Source of the DNA: an uncultured Blastocatellia bacterium
GTDB taxonomy: Bacteria; Acidobacteriota; Blastocatellia; HR10
NCBI GenBank assembly: GCA_937934295.1
Contig: CALHAI010000013.1
Location: forward strand, 5,865 to 69,864
Reading direction: 5' to 3'
DNA length: 64,000 bases
The notes below the pieces were generated by a model. The model was not told the DNA's origin. It ran no database searches and saw only the letters and a list, made by a program, of their open reading frames with translations. Below, one piece after another: positions 9,833-19,724 of this stretch. Each line of letters opens with the position of its first letter. The first letter of the stretch is position 1. A program made the translations under genes and the position numbers.

Positions 9833-10605
9833 AGCGCGAGTCGGAGAAAGCCTGTCCGAGCTGCGGGCGAAGGGTCGCTCATGCAGCGACTGCGTGTGTG
9901 TGTGGCGCGCGATGGGTGGCCCCTCACCCGCCAGGGCCCGAATTCCGAGTGCCGCGCATGGGTAAGCCCATCACGGCGGTGAGCGTGATTGCCCTGACTG
10001 TGCTCATCGAGGCGATCATCCTCGTGCACGAGGTGTATGTGAGTCCGTTTGTCTGGACGGAAGCGATCGGCTCCATGCTTGTCGATCTGGCGCGCGTCTT
10101 CGTGCCGGTGATCTTGGTCGCGGCCTATCTCGCTTATCGAGGGGGCCGAGAGGCGCGGCGCGCGCCCGACCAATATGGTGGGGAACGGGTGGCGCGGGCG
10201 GGGCTGGTGGCCGCGATGCTCTTGCTCGCCGTTCACGTGGGCGTCTTCGTGGCGCATGTCCCCCGCATGATCGAAAACAAACGCCTCCGGCAGGAGGCAG
10301 CCACGCGGGCAAACCTCTATCGCTTGGCGTGGGCTCTCGAAGCGTATCGGCAGCAGTACGGCACGTATCCGCGCCGGCTCATTGATCTGCAGGAACTGGA
10401 TCCCAATTTGAAGCCGGTCGTGGATGCCTGGGGACGCGAGTTCATCTACAGCGCCATCTCGGGAGATGTCGCGGCGGCGGCACCGATGCCCTTCCAGCGC
10501 TACCAGCTCGTCTCGAAGGGCCCAGACGGGGTTCTGGGAACGGCGGATGACATCGTCCTACGCGATGATGTCTTGCTGCGGGGGAGAGAGAGCAGGGCGC
10601 GATGA
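9829..10605 (+). CDS. membrane protein: N-terminal zinc-ribbon (CPSCGRRV...CVCG), three TM helices, C-terminal GspG (type II secretion pseudopilin)-like globular domain
   Basis: ATG at 9829 overlaps the upstream stop (ATGA). The C-terminus (ANLYRLAWALEAYRQQYGTYPRRLIDLQELD...DAWGREFIYSAISGD...YQLVSKGPDGVLGTADDIV) resembles the T2SS GspG C-terminal domain. There is no prepilin leader. Confidence 0.5.
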   Translation: MKRESEKACPSCGRRVAHAATACVCGARWVAPHPPGPEFRVPRMGKPITAVSVIALTVLIEAIILVHEVYVSPFVWTEAIGSMLVDLARVFVPVILVAAYLAYRGGREARRAPDQYGGERVARAGLVAAMLLLAVHVGVFVAHVPRMIENKRLRQEAATRANLYRLAWALEAYRQQYGTYPRRLIDLQELDPNLKPVVDAWGREFIYSAISGDVAAAAPMPFQRYQLVSKGPDGVLGTADDIVLRDDVLLRGRESRAR

Positions 10606-12116
10606 TGTTTCGGAAGATCCTCATCGCCAATCGGGGAGAGATCGCCGTGCGCGTGATTCGCGCGTGCCGCGAGTTGGGGATCTCTCCGGTGGTCGTCTAT
10701 TCGGAAGCGGACGAGCGCTCGCTGCACGTTCGGTTGGCCGACGAGGCGTATCTGATCGGCCCGCCTCCTTCGGTGGAGAGTTATCTGCGCGGCGATCGCA
10801 TTATCGAGGTGGCGCGGCGGGCCGGAGCCGAAGCCATCCATCCCGGGTATGGGTTCTTGGCGGAGAATGCGGAGTTCGCGCGCGCCGTGGCAGACGCGGG
10901 CTTGGTCTTCATTGGACCGAATTGGCAGGCGATGGAGCAATTGGGGCAGAAGACGCAAGCGCGCGCATTGGCGCGTGTGGCGGAGGTCCCCGTCGTGCCG
11001 GGGACGGAGGAACCGGTTCGAGATCTCGCGCATGCGCAAGCGATCGCCGAGCAAGTGGGGTATCCGGTGATGTTGAAAGCGGCGGCCGGCGGCGGAGGAA
11101 AAGGCATGCGCCTGGTGCGCTCCCCCGAAGAGCTGCCGAACGCCCTGGCCATGGCGCAAGCGGAAGCACAAGCAGCGTTCAATGACCCTTCCGTCTACAT
11201 CGAGAAGGCGATCGAGCGTCCGCGTCACATCGAGATGCAGATCCTGGCCGATCGCTATGGGCAGGTCGTGTATCTCGGAGAGCGCGAGTGTTCCCTGCAG
11301 CGGCGCCATCAGAAGGTGATCGAAGAGGCGCCGGCGAGCTGGAATGATCCCCAACTGCGACGGCGGATGGGGGAAGCGGCCGTCCGTCTCGCCCGAGCGG
11401 CCGGTTATACGAATGCCGGGACGGTCGAATTCCTCGTGGATGAGGAGCGCAACTTCTATTTCCTCGAAGTGAATGCCCGCATTCAAGTCGAACATCCGGT
11501 GACGGAGATGGTCACCGGCGTGGATCTGGTACGTGAGCAGATTCGTCTGGCGGCGGGCGAACCGCTGCGCCTGCGACAGAGCGACATTCAGTTGCGCGGA
11601 TCGGCCATCGAATGCCGCATCTACGCCGAGGACCCGGAGAACGATTTCTTCCCCTCGGCGGGTCGGATCGAGACGCTTCGGCTGCCCGCCGGACCAGGCA
11701 TTCGCGTGGACAGCGGCGTATATGCCGGGTGGGACGTCTCGATCCATTACGATCCGCTTCTGCTGAAACTCATCGCGTGGGGGGAGACGCGCCAGCAAGC
11801 ACTTGAGCGCATGCGGTGGGCATTGGAGGAGACGGTCATCACGGGGATTCGCACGACCGTCCCCCTCTATCGCGAGATCTTTCGCGATCCCGATTTCCTT
11901 GCGGGGAAGATCGACACGGGCTATCTCTCGCGCTTCCTCGCGACTCGCGGAGAGGCGCTTCGTTCGAGCGGTGAGCTCCTCTCCCGAGACGCCGCGTTGA
12001 TCGCGGCCGCGCTTTTCGCCGCGAGCGAGCGGGAATCGCGCGAGCCGGCGCCAGCGACGCCCCCGAGCATCTGGAAGTGGCAGGGGCGATTGTTTCGGCT
12101 CATGTCGCGGTTATGA
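10602..12116 (+). CDS. accC: biotin carboxylase (acetyl/propionyl-CoA carboxylase biotin carboxylase subunit)
   Basis: KILIANRGEIAVRVIRACRELGI...HPGYGFLAENAEFA...YPVMLKAAAGGGGKGMR. ATP-grasp motifs and BC N- and C-domains are present. Confidence 0.85.
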   Translation: MMFRKILIANRGEIAVRVIRACRELGISPVVVYSEADERSLHVRLADEAYLIGPPPSVESYLRGDRIIEVARRAGAEAIHPGYGFLAENAEFARAVADAGLVFIGPNWQAMEQLGQKTQARALARVAEVPVVPGTEEPVRDLAHAQAIAEQVGYPVMLKAAAGGGGKGMRLVRSPEELPNALAMAQAEAQAAFNDPSVYIEKAIERPRHIEMQILADRYGQVVYLGERECSLQRRHQKVIEEAPASWNDPQLRRRMGEAAVRLARAAGYTNAGTVEFLVDEERNFYFLEVNARIQVEHPVTEMVTGVDLVREQIRLAAGEPLRLRQSDIQLRGSAIECRIYAEDPENDFFPSAGRIETLRLPAGPGIRVDSGVYAGWDVSIHYDPLLLKLIAWGETRQQALERMRWALEETVITGIRTTVPLYREIFRDPDFLAGKIDTGYLSRFLATRGEALRSSGELLSRDAALIAAALFAASERESREPAPATPPSIWKWQGRLFRLMSRL

Positions 12117-12610
12117 GGATCGAGCTCGAATCCGAAGCCGCCCAACATCTGGTGGAGATCGAGGAACGCGATGGCGGTCTCATCGCGCAAGTGGACGGGC
12201 GCTCTTATGAGGTGAAGGTCTTCACGCCGGAGCCCGGCGTCTACACATTGCTTTTCGGCCAGCAGGTGATCGAAGCGCGCGTGGAAGGGAACGCACAGGC
12301 CGGATCCGTGACGGTGACGGTTCGCGAGCACGCCTGGCATCTGCGCGTGCGGGATCGGCGGCATCGGCGGCGGGCGAGCGAGATGGGAGCGGAAGGGCGC
12401 GTCGCGCTCACGGCTCGCATGCCGGGGAAGGTCGTGCGCCTGTTGGCCGAGGTGGGAAGCCCGGTGCAGGCCGGGCAGGGAATCCTCGTGCTGGAAGCGA
12501 TGAAGATGCAAAACGAGGTGCGGGCCCCGAAGTCCGGGCGCCTCGCCGAAGTCCACGTCCGCGAGGGGCAGACCGTCGGAGCCGGCGAGCTGCTCGCGGT
12601 GATCGAATAG
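12113..12610 (+). CDS. biotin carboxyl carrier / biotin-lipoyl attachment domain protein
   Basis: EAMKMQNEV biotinylation motif near the C-terminus. ATG at 12113 overlaps the accC TGA (ATGA). Confidence 0.7.
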   Translation: MRIELESEAAQHLVEIEERDGGLIAQVDGRSYEVKVFTPEPGVYTLLFGQQVIEARVEGNAQAGSVTVTVREHAWHLRVRDRRHRRRASEMGAEGRVALTARMPGKVVRLLAEVGSPVQAGQGILVLEAMKMQNEVRAPKSGRLAEVHVREGQTVGAGELLAVIE

Positions 12611-12618
12611 GGAGGCGT

Positions 12619-12891
12619 ATGCCTACGAAACCGCGCATCGAGTTTCAGGTCGGCGATGAGGTCCTGTACGCCGGAGCGGCGAGTGTGCGCTATGGGACGA
12701 TCATCCGCGTCATCGGAGCGGGCAACGCGCAGATGGTTGAAGTCGAATTCGAGGACGGGAAGCGGGAGCTGAAGAAAGCCAGCGATCGCGCGCTGCGCTT
12801 GCTGCGGCGGAAGGGGATCGAGGAGGTGCGTCGGGAATTCCGCGATCGCGAGGTCGAAGAGGTGCGCCGCAGCGAGACCCGTCGCCGATGA
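12619..12891 (+). CDS. small hypothetical protein (90 aa, KOW/Tudor-like N-terminus, Arg/Glu-rich tail)
   Basis: ORF immediately downstream of the BCCP gene on the same strand. No motif recognised. Confidence 0.3.
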   Translation: MPTKPRIEFQVGDEVLYAGAASVRYGTIIRVIGAGNAQMVEVEFEDGKRELKKASDRALRLLRRKGIEEVRREFRDREVEEVRRSETRRR

Positions 12892-12912
12892 GGCGACCAC
12901 GCCACATGTGAC

Positions 12913-14367
12913 TCACGGCTTCGCGTGCGCCGGAGGCGAATTCTCCGGACGCGCGCGCTCGCTGAGCGTGATGGCGATATCGCTGTAGAGGACGTACCCC
13001 ATGAGCAAGAGGATGAGCGCCAGCCCCACCGTTTGAATCTTCTCCCGAAGCGACATCGTCAGCTCTTTCCCCGCCAACCCCATCACCCATTCCACGAAGA
13101 GCATGAGGATGAGTCCTCCATCGAGCACCGGGATGGGGAAGAGGTTGAAGAGGCCGAGGCTGAGGCTGATGAGGCTCATGACGACGAGCAACTCTTTCAG
13201 CCCACGTTCGGCCGCTTTCCCTGACAAATCGGCGATGCGCACGGGACCGGCGAAAGTCTCGCGCACGGTCCGTTGGCCGCGGAGGACTTCGACGAGCGCT
13301 TCCAACGTGAGGCGCGCGTAGAAGAGGTTTTGCCGAAACGATTCTCGCAGCGCCGCGCCCATCCCCATGCGCACGGTCCCGCGCTGAAGCGGTTCGGGCT
13401 CCGGAGCGATGCCGATTCGCCCTCGCCCGCGGTCATTGAAGGGGACGACTTTCACCTCTCGGCGCTTTCCTTCGCGCACGTAAGTGAGCGTCAATTCCTT
13501 CCCGATGCTCCGGCCAACGAGAGCCACGAGAATGGGGAAGGCCGTGATCTCCACCTCATCAATGCGAACGATCTTGTCTCCCGGTCGCAGTCCGGCCGCT
13601 TCCGCGGGTGATCCGCGTTCGACCTGCGCGATGACCACCCCATCGGTAGTCGGAGGAGGGAGCAATCCCGATTCACCGACGATGTCGAATCGGCCCTGAA
13701 CCGCCTCGAGCGAAAGCGGGACATGCAGGCGTTGTCCCTCGCGTTCGACGACGACGACGATCGTTTGGTTTGGCTTCGCGAGCGTGAGGTCTTCCACTTC
13801 CCCCCAGGTAGGGTTCTGATGACCGTCGAATTCGACGATGACATCCCCTGGACGCAGGCCCGCGCGTTCGGCGGGAGAGCCGGGGACGATCGCCCCGATG
13901 CGCGCTTTCTCGACCCGATAGGCCGGGCCCGGATAGCTCACCATGAAGAGCGCAGCCGGGAGCGCGAGCGCCAGCAGGAGGTTCATCGCCGGACCAGCTA
14001 GCGCGACCAGGAACCGTTGCCACTTCGGTCGCGCCAGGAACGCCTCCGGCGGAAGGGGTCCGAGTTTCGCCTCCTCGGGGTTCTCGCCGAGCATCTTCAC
14101 ATAGCCACCCAGCGGAATGGCCGAGACACGATAGTCCGTCCCGCTGCGTCGCACGCCGAAAAGACGCGGGCCGAAACCGAGGCTGAAGACCTCAACCCGA
14201 ATCTTGAAGAGCTTGGCGACCGCGAAGTGGCCCAACTCGTGGACGAAGATGAGGACCCCAATGACGAAGATGAATACGGTGAGCGTCGTCACAAAGTCCA
14301 ACACGTCTGACTCCCCTTTCAGCGCCTCACGGAACAAAGTGTACTCGACGCGCGCGCCCTTGTCCAT
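12913..14367 (-). CDS. rseP: RIP metalloprotease RseP (site-2 protease, M50 family, PDZ domains)
   Basis: HELGHFAVAKLFKIRVEVFSLGFGP is the M50 HExxH motif. Internal PDZ-like GSPAERAGLRPGDVIV and GSPAEAAGLRPGDKIV. C-terminal LDGG motif. Confidence 0.8.
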   Translation of the reverse strand: MDKGARVEYTLFREALKGESDVLDFVTTLTVFIFVIGVLIFVHELGHFAVAKLFKIRVEVFSLGFGPRLFGVRRSGTDYRVSAIPLGGYVKMLGENPEEAKLGPLPPEAFLARPKWQRFLVALAGPAMNLLLALALPAALFMVSYPGPAYRVEKARIGAIVPGSPAERAGLRPGDVIVEFDGHQNPTWGEVEDLTLAKPNQTIVVVVEREGQRLHVPLSLEAVQGRFDIVGESGLLPPPTTDGVVIAQVERGSPAEAAGLRPGDKIVRIDEVEITAFPILVALVGRSIGKELTLTYVREGKRREVKVVPFNDRGRGRIGIAPEPEPLQRGTVRMGMGAALRESFRQNLFYARLTLEALVEVLRGQRTVRETFAGPVRIADLSGKAAERGLKELLVVMSLISLSLGLFNLFPIPVLDGGLILMLFVEWVMGLAGKELTMSLREKIQTVGLALILLLMGYVLYSDIAITLSERARPENSPPAHAKP

Positions 14368-14368
14368 G

Positions 14369-15223
14369 TCAGTCGGACTTCGGCGCCGCTTTGTCCTGAA
14401 GCGCGATGGCTTCGTTGAGCGCTCCCGTGCGATATCCTTCCAGATCCAGCGTCACGAATGCGAAGCCGAGCGCCTTGAATTCCCGTATCAGGCGCTCGAG
14501 CGTCGCTGGCTCCACGGCGCGACCGAGTTCGTCGCGACCCAGCTCCAGACGCACCAACGGACCATGATGGCGGACGCGAAAGATCCGAAAGCCCAGCCCG
14601 CGCAGGATCTCCTCTCCTCGTTCGATGGTTCGGAGCTTCTCCACCGTCACCTCCATGCCATAGGGGATACGAGAGGCCAAGCAGGCCGAGGCCGGTTTAT
14701 CCCAGGTCGGGAGACCATGCCGTCGAGACAGCTCCCGGACCTCGGCCTTAGTGAGGTGGCATTCGATGAGCGGGCTGCGGATGCCGAATTCTCGGGCGGC
14801 CTGGCGGCCCGGTCGAAAATCGTCGAGATCGTCCACATTTGCTCCGTCACACACGGCGCGAAAGCCGCGCTCACGCGCTAATCGGGTCAGCTTCTCATAG
14901 AGCTCGCGTTTGCAGTAGTAACACCGGTTGGGCGGATTGCGGCGATAGTCGGGATCGTCGAACTCTTCGGTCCGAATCAGCAAATGTGGGATGCGAAAGC
15001 GTCGGGCGAATGCGATCGCCTCCTCGCGATGCCGCGCGGCCAGGCTCGGGCTCTCGGCGGTCACCGCGAGCATCCGCTTGCCAAGTACGCGAGCGGCGAT
15101 GAAGGCGACATAGGCGCTGTCCACGCCTCCGGAATATGCGACAACCGCCGATCCCAACTCGCGGAACACCGCGCACACGCGCTGTTCCTTCTGCTCCACT
15201 TCCTCCCACCTCGCCCCGCTCAT
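14369..15223 (-). CDS. PP-loop ATP pyrophosphatase of the LarE/TIGR00268 family
   Basis: VVAYSGGVDSAYVAF contains the SGGxDS PP-loop. Size and CxxC-containing region are consistent with LarE-like sulfur transferases. Confidence 0.55.
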   Translation of the reverse strand: MSGARWEEVEQKEQRVCAVFRELGSAVVAYSGGVDSAYVAFIAARVLGKRMLAVTAESPSLAARHREEAIAFARRFRIPHLLIRTEEFDDPDYRRNPPNRCYYCKRELYEKLTRLARERGFRAVCDGANVDDLDDFRPGRQAAREFGIRSPLIECHLTKAEVRELSRRHGLPTWDKPASACLASRIPYGMEVTVEKLRTIERGEEILRGLGFRIFRVRHHGPLVRLELGRDELGRAVEPATLERLIREFKALGFAFVTLDLEGYRTGALNEAIALQDKAAPKSD

Positions 15224-15359
15224 CTTGCCGAGTCAGTATATCGCACTCTCGAGCGCTTGATCAATGCGCCGCTCTCGCGCCAAAATGACCAACTTGATCT
15301 CGTGAGGCGAAGCTGAAGAGGCGAGCCGTCGCCGGGAGACCAACTCGAGGAGGAGGCCG

Positions 15360-16865
15360 ATGGCTGCGAGCAGAAGAGGGCGAATCGTCATCATCGCGCT
15401 GGTGCTTATCGGCATCAGCAGCTGTGCTGTGGGGGGCTTGGCGCAGCCGCCGCGTCGGACCCTTCGGCAGCTTGAGCGGCATTTTGAGGAGATCCTTCGA
15501 CGGCCCGAGTTCGCGACGACACGATGGGGGATTCTCGTCGAATCGTTGGATCGGCGGATGGTCCTTGTCCAGCGTGAGGCGGATCAGCTCTTCACGCCAG
15601 CCTCGAACATGAAGCTCTACACGACGGCAGCGGCGCTGGTGCGCCTTGGGCCGAATTTCCGATTCCGCACGTCGGTCTATGCGCTGGCGCGACCGGATGA
15701 GCGCGGACATGTGGAGGGAGATGTGATCCTCTACGGGCGCGGCGATCCGAATCTCAGCACGCGCACGCTCGCCGGGGGGTATCTGACACCGTTCTTCGAC
15801 CTGGCCGATCAACTCGCGCGGGCCGGTGTGCGCGAAATCTTCGGCGACATCGTTGGGGACGAGAGCTACTTCGTGGGGCCGCGCTTGGGCGTCGGTTGGG
15901 AATGGGATGACCTGCAATGGTATTACGGCGCGGAGGTGAGCGCGCTCTCCGTGGACGATAACTTCGTGGACGTGACCCTTCGTCCGGGCGAGCGCGAGGG
16001 CGATCCTGTACAGGTGATTCTTTCGTCCCCCTCTGTGGCCATCGTCAATCGCGCTGTGACGGCCGTTGACGGGACGCCACAGCGGATCGAGATCGAGCGC
16101 GGGTTGCAAGACAATATTGTGGAGATTCAAGGCGTGATGCCTCGAGACAGCCTGGGGTATCGAGCGGCCGTCGCCATGCACCATCCGGCATTGTATGCGG
16201 CCACGTGCTTTCGCGAGGCACTCCTGCGGCGCGGCATTCACGTGCACGGGCGCGCCGTCGCGGCCGATTGGAAAGTGCGGCGCGAGCGTCCGCTCGATCT
16301 TCGACAGATGATCGAGCTGGCGGCCATCGAGTCCATCCCTTTGAGCGAGGTGATTCGCACGGTGAACAAGATCAGCCAGAATTTGCACGCGGAGATCCTC
16401 TTGCGGGTCCTCGGAGCGGAGGTGAAGGGCGAGGGATCGGACGAGAAAGGGCTCGACGTCATTCGCGAATTCCTGAGCGAGATCGGGGCGCGAACCTCGG
16501 GTGTGCGCGTGCGAGACGGATCGGGCCTCTCGCGCCTGAATCTGGTGACGCCGGCGACGACGGTCGATCTGCTCCGCTTCATGAGTCGGCACGAACATGG
16601 CGCGATCTATCACGCGTCGCTTCCGGTCGCTGGTGCAGATGGGACACTCGAACGACGCATGACGGGGACGCCAGCGGCAGGGAACGTGCGGGCGAAAACG
16701 GGAACGCTCGCCTATACCTTCACGCTCTCCGGATACGTGACGACGATGCGGGGAGAGCGACTCGTCTTCAGTTTCATGGTCAACCATCATACGGGCGAAG
16801 CGGCGCATGTGCTTTCGGCATTGAATGAGCTGTGCGCGACATTGGCGGCCTTCGCCGGGCCATGA
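15360..16865 (+). CDS. dacB: D-alanyl-D-alanine carboxypeptidase/endopeptidase (PBP4, peptidase S13)
   Basis: Signal peptide. ASNMKL contains the SxxK motif. Length and KTGT-like KTGTLAY (KTG box) fit S13. Confidence 0.75.
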   Translation: MAASRRGRIVIIALVLIGISSCAVGGLAQPPRRTLRQLERHFEEILRRPEFATTRWGILVESLDRRMVLVQREADQLFTPASNMKLYTTAAALVRLGPNFRFRTSVYALARPDERGHVEGDVILYGRGDPNLSTRTLAGGYLTPFFDLADQLARAGVREIFGDIVGDESYFVGPRLGVGWEWDDLQWYYGAEVSALSVDDNFVDVTLRPGEREGDPVQVILSSPSVAIVNRAVTAVDGTPQRIEIERGLQDNIVEIQGVMPRDSLGYRAAVAMHHPALYAATCFREALLRRGIHVHGRAVAADWKVRRERPLDLRQMIELAAIESIPLSEVIRTVNKISQNLHAEILLRVLGAEVKGEGSDEKGLDVIREFLSEIGARTSGVRVRDGSGLSRLNLVTPATTVDLLRFMSRHEHGAIYHASLPVAGADGTLERRMTGTPAAGNVRAKTGTLAYTFTLSGYVTTMRGERLVFSFMVNHHTGEAAHVLSALNELCATLAAFAGP

Positions 16866-16869
16866 GGTC

Positions 16870-18576
16870 TCACCGCCGTCGGATCAGGAATTGATCCATG
16901 ACCAGATAGTCCATCTCCGAGCGAAGGAAGCAGTCCACGGCATCCTCGGGCGTGCAAACGATCGGCTCTTGGATATTGAATGAGGTGTTCAGCAAGACCG
17001 GAACGCCCGTGAGACGTTCGAACTCGCGGATGAGCTTCCAGTAGCGCGGATTCGTCTTGCGGCTGACCGTTTGCGGACGCGCTGTTCCGTCCACGTGGAC
17101 GACGGCCGGGATCACAGGCCGCATCTCCGGGACGACCGGGTGTACGGTGATCATGAAGGGGGCATGCAGGCGGCGACCGAAGACGATCTGGACGCGTTCC
17201 TCGAGGACGGAGGGGGCGAAGGGGCGAAAGGGTTCGCGGAGCTTCACCTTGCGATTGAGCACATCGCGAATCTCCGGTCGTCGGGGATCGGCGAGGATCG
17301 AGCGGTTGCCGAGCGCACGCGGTCCCCACTCCATGCGCCCTTGAAACCAGGCGATGATCTTCCCTTTGGCCAGGAGCTGGGCGACGCGGCCAATGAGCAC
17401 CTCTTCCTCAAGCTCCTCCCACTGCCCTGGCATCATGGCCAGAGCGCGGTGATAGTCCGCGCGCTTGAATTGAGGCCCCCAATACGCGTGCTCCATCACG
17501 AAGTGTCGGGGATGGCCGAGGATCACATGAGCGATGTAGAGTGCGGCGCCGAGGGCACCACCGGCATCATGGGCCGCCGGCTGAATGTACACGGCCTCGA
17601 AATCCGATTCGCGCTCGATGCGCCCGTTGAGCACGGCGTTGAGTGCACAGCCGCCGGCCAGGCACAGGGCGCGCTCGCCCGTGACCCGTTTCAACCAGCG
17701 CAAGAGGTGAAGGACGGTCTCCTCGAAGACCTTCTGGGCGCTGGCCGCGATATTGAAGTGGCGTTCGGTGAACGGTTCGTCGGGGCGACGCGGTGGACCG
17801 AGCACGCGCGTCAGGGCTTCGGGGAAGCGATAGTGCTTCGCCAGATGGTGATCGAGCAGCGCCGTGTTCAACTGGAAATCGGCCTCGCCCGTCAGACGCA
17901 GGACGTTCTGACGGAAGAAGTCATAGAATTCGGGTTCGCCGTAGGCGGCCGCACCCATGACCTTGTACTCGTCGCCCTCGAACATATCGAAGCCGAGGAA
18001 GTTCGTGATGGCCGAGTAGAACTGCCCCAGCGAGTTGGGCAGGCGGATCTCCTTCACCTTTCGAATGCGCGTCCCTTGTCCGTGAGCGAAGAGTGTCGTC
18101 GTGGCTTCGCCCGTCCCGTCGAAGGTGAAGATGGCCGCCGACTCGAACGGGGAGCAGAAGAAAGCGCTCGCCGCATGACAGAGGTGGTGTTCGAGATAGT
18201 GGAATCGGAAGTCGCGGCCGCCGTACTGTTCGCGCAGCAGGCGCGGCAGGCGCATCATCGGGAAGTAGTGACCGGAGATCTGTTCGCGGCCGCGCACGAC
18301 GCGTCGGACGAAATGCTCGGGCGAGCGCGTGAGCGCCGCCAGTGTCGTCCGAATTCGATGGCCGAGCACCCAAGGACGCCAGTACAAGCCCACGTGTGCG
18401 ATATCAGCCATGCTGATTCGGGCTTCTTCCAGGACGTAGCGCAGGGCATTATGGGGGAAGCCGACGTGATGTTTGATTCGCGAGAAACGCTCCTCTTCGG
18501 CGGCGGCGACGAGATCGCCGTCGCGAAGCAGAGCCGCAGCGGCTTCTCCCATTGTGGTCAGGCCGAGGATGTACAT
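16870..18576 (-). CDS. carbamoyltransferase (NodU/CmcH family)
   Basis: MYILGLTTMGEAAAALLRDGDLVAAAEEERFSRIKHH is typical of the NodU/CmcH carbamoyltransferase N-terminus. About 570 aa. Confidence 0.7.
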   Translation of the reverse strand: MYILGLTTMGEAAAALLRDGDLVAAAEEERFSRIKHHVGFPHNALRYVLEEARISMADIAHVGLYWRPWVLGHRIRTTLAALTRSPEHFVRRVVRGREQISGHYFPMMRLPRLLREQYGGRDFRFHYLEHHLCHAASAFFCSPFESAAIFTFDGTGEATTTLFAHGQGTRIRKVKEIRLPNSLGQFYSAITNFLGFDMFEGDEYKVMGAAAYGEPEFYDFFRQNVLRLTGEADFQLNTALLDHHLAKHYRFPEALTRVLGPPRRPDEPFTERHFNIAASAQKVFEETVLHLLRWLKRVTGERALCLAGGCALNAVLNGRIERESDFEAVYIQPAAHDAGGALGAALYIAHVILGHPRHFVMEHAYWGPQFKRADYHRALAMMPGQWEELEEEVLIGRVAQLLAKGKIIAWFQGRMEWGPRALGNRSILADPRRPEIRDVLNRKVKLREPFRPFAPSVLEERVQIVFGRRLHAPFMITVHPVVPEMRPVIPAVVHVDGTARPQTVSRKTNPRYWKLIREFERLTGVPVLLNTSFNIQEPIVCTPEDAVDCFLRSEMDYLVMDQFLIRRR

Positions 18577-18634
18577 CGGGGGCAACTGTAGCCAACGCCG
18601 TCGCTCCCCGTCAACACATCGGCTCCTCCCATGC

Positions 18635-18664
18635 TTGACACTCCGGCCTTGAGTTCGCTATCTT
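18635..18664 (+). promoter_or_regulatory. sigma-70-like promoter candidate for rplM-rpsI (TTGACA-18 nt-TATCTT)
   Basis: TTGACA at 18635-18640, 18-nt spacer, TATCTT at 18659-18664. GGGGGAG RBS about 8 nt before the rplM ATG. Confidence 0.4.
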
Positions 18665-18700
18665 TAACGCTCGCTTTGAAGTCGAGCATCGAGGGGGAGC

Positions 18701-19135
18701 ATGAAGACTTACGTTCCGAGCGGGAAGGATTTGGACGCGCAGCGGAAATGGTACGTCGTGGACGCGGCGGGCATGACTGTTGGCCGATTGGCCTCGCGCG
18801 TGGCGCGGATCCTCATGGGGAAGCATAAGCCGACATATACTCCTTTTCTGGATCTGGGTGATCATGTGATCGTCATCAATGCGGCCAAGGTGCGGTTCAC
18901 GGGGCGGAAGTGGGAGCAGAAGATCTATCGGTATCACACGGGGCATCCCGGCGGATTGAAGGAGATTCCGGCCAAGCGGATGCTGGCCGAGCATCCGGAG
19001 CGGATCGTGGAGTGGGCGATCCTGGGGATGTTGCCCAAGACGAAATTGGGCAGGAAGAAGGCGAAGAGGCTGCGCGTCTATGCCGGGCCGGAGCACCCGC
19101 ATGAGGCGCAGCGACCGGAACCTTTGACCGTGTAA
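18701..19135 (+). CDS. rplM: 50S ribosomal protein L13
   Basis: [49 protein letters not shown]. Confidence 0.9.
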   Translation: MKTYVPSGKDLDAQRKWYVVDAAGMTVGRLASRVARILMGKHKPTYTPFLDLGDHVIVINAAKVRFTGRKWEQKIYRYHTGHPGGLKEIPAKRMLAEHPERIVEWAILGMLPKTKLGRKKAKRLRVYAGPEHPHEAQRPEPLTV

Positions 19136-19144
19136 GGAGTCGCT

Positions 19145-19540
19145 ATGGCGGAGTTGATCCAATATTGGGGGACGGGACGGCGCAAGACCTCGACGGCGCG
19201 CGTCATCTTGCGTCCGGGGGCGGGGCAGATCACGATCAATGGGCGTCCGCTTGAGGCCTATTTCCCACTCGAGCGGCATCGCGCCGTCATTCGGCAGCCG
19301 CTGTTGTTGGCCGATGCCTTGGGCAAATTCGATATCCGCGTGAACGTGCGAGGCGGGGGGATCACCGGGCAGGCTGAGGCGATCCGACACGGGATCGCGC
19401 GCGCTCTGCTTGAATTCAATTCCGATCTGCGCCCCCGCTTGAAGGAAGCGGGGCTGCTCACCCGCGATGCGCGCATCAAAGAACGCAAGAAATATGGGCA
19501 GAAAGGAGCCCGAAAGCGATTCCAATATTCCAAGCGGTGA
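19145..19540 (+). CDS. rpsI: 30S ribosomal protein S9
   Basis: C-terminal [17 protein letters not shown] and central [19 protein letters not shown]. Confidence 0.9.
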   Translation: MAELIQYWGTGRRKTSTARVILRPGAGQITINGRPLEAYFPLERHRAVIRQPLLLADALGKFDIRVNVRGGGITGQAEAIRHGIARALLEFNSDLRPRLKEAGLLTRDARIKERKKYGQKGARKRFQYSKR

Positions 19541-19724
19541 GTGTTCGAGAGCGACTCTCCCCGGACATCGTGGGCGATCTCTGGCGAGGTTCGCGCGCAT
19601 GATTCCAGGGGGGCCTCCGTGGGCTTCCCGACCCTGCTTGGCCGTCGTCGCGATGGGAGATCCGCGCGCGACCGAGTGCGGGCGGCCGAGCGCGAAAATC
19701 ATATCGAGGAGGTGAGGGACGGCG

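Noticed and set aside
15261-16808. 515-aa minus-strand ORF antisense to dacB
   Set aside because: Same antisense-artefact reasoning. dacB has SxxK/KTG motifs and a signal peptide.
17071-18591. 506-aa plus-strand ORF antisense to the carbamoyltransferase gene
   Set aside because: No motifs, biased composition. The opposite strand encodes a well-supported NodU/CmcH family protein.
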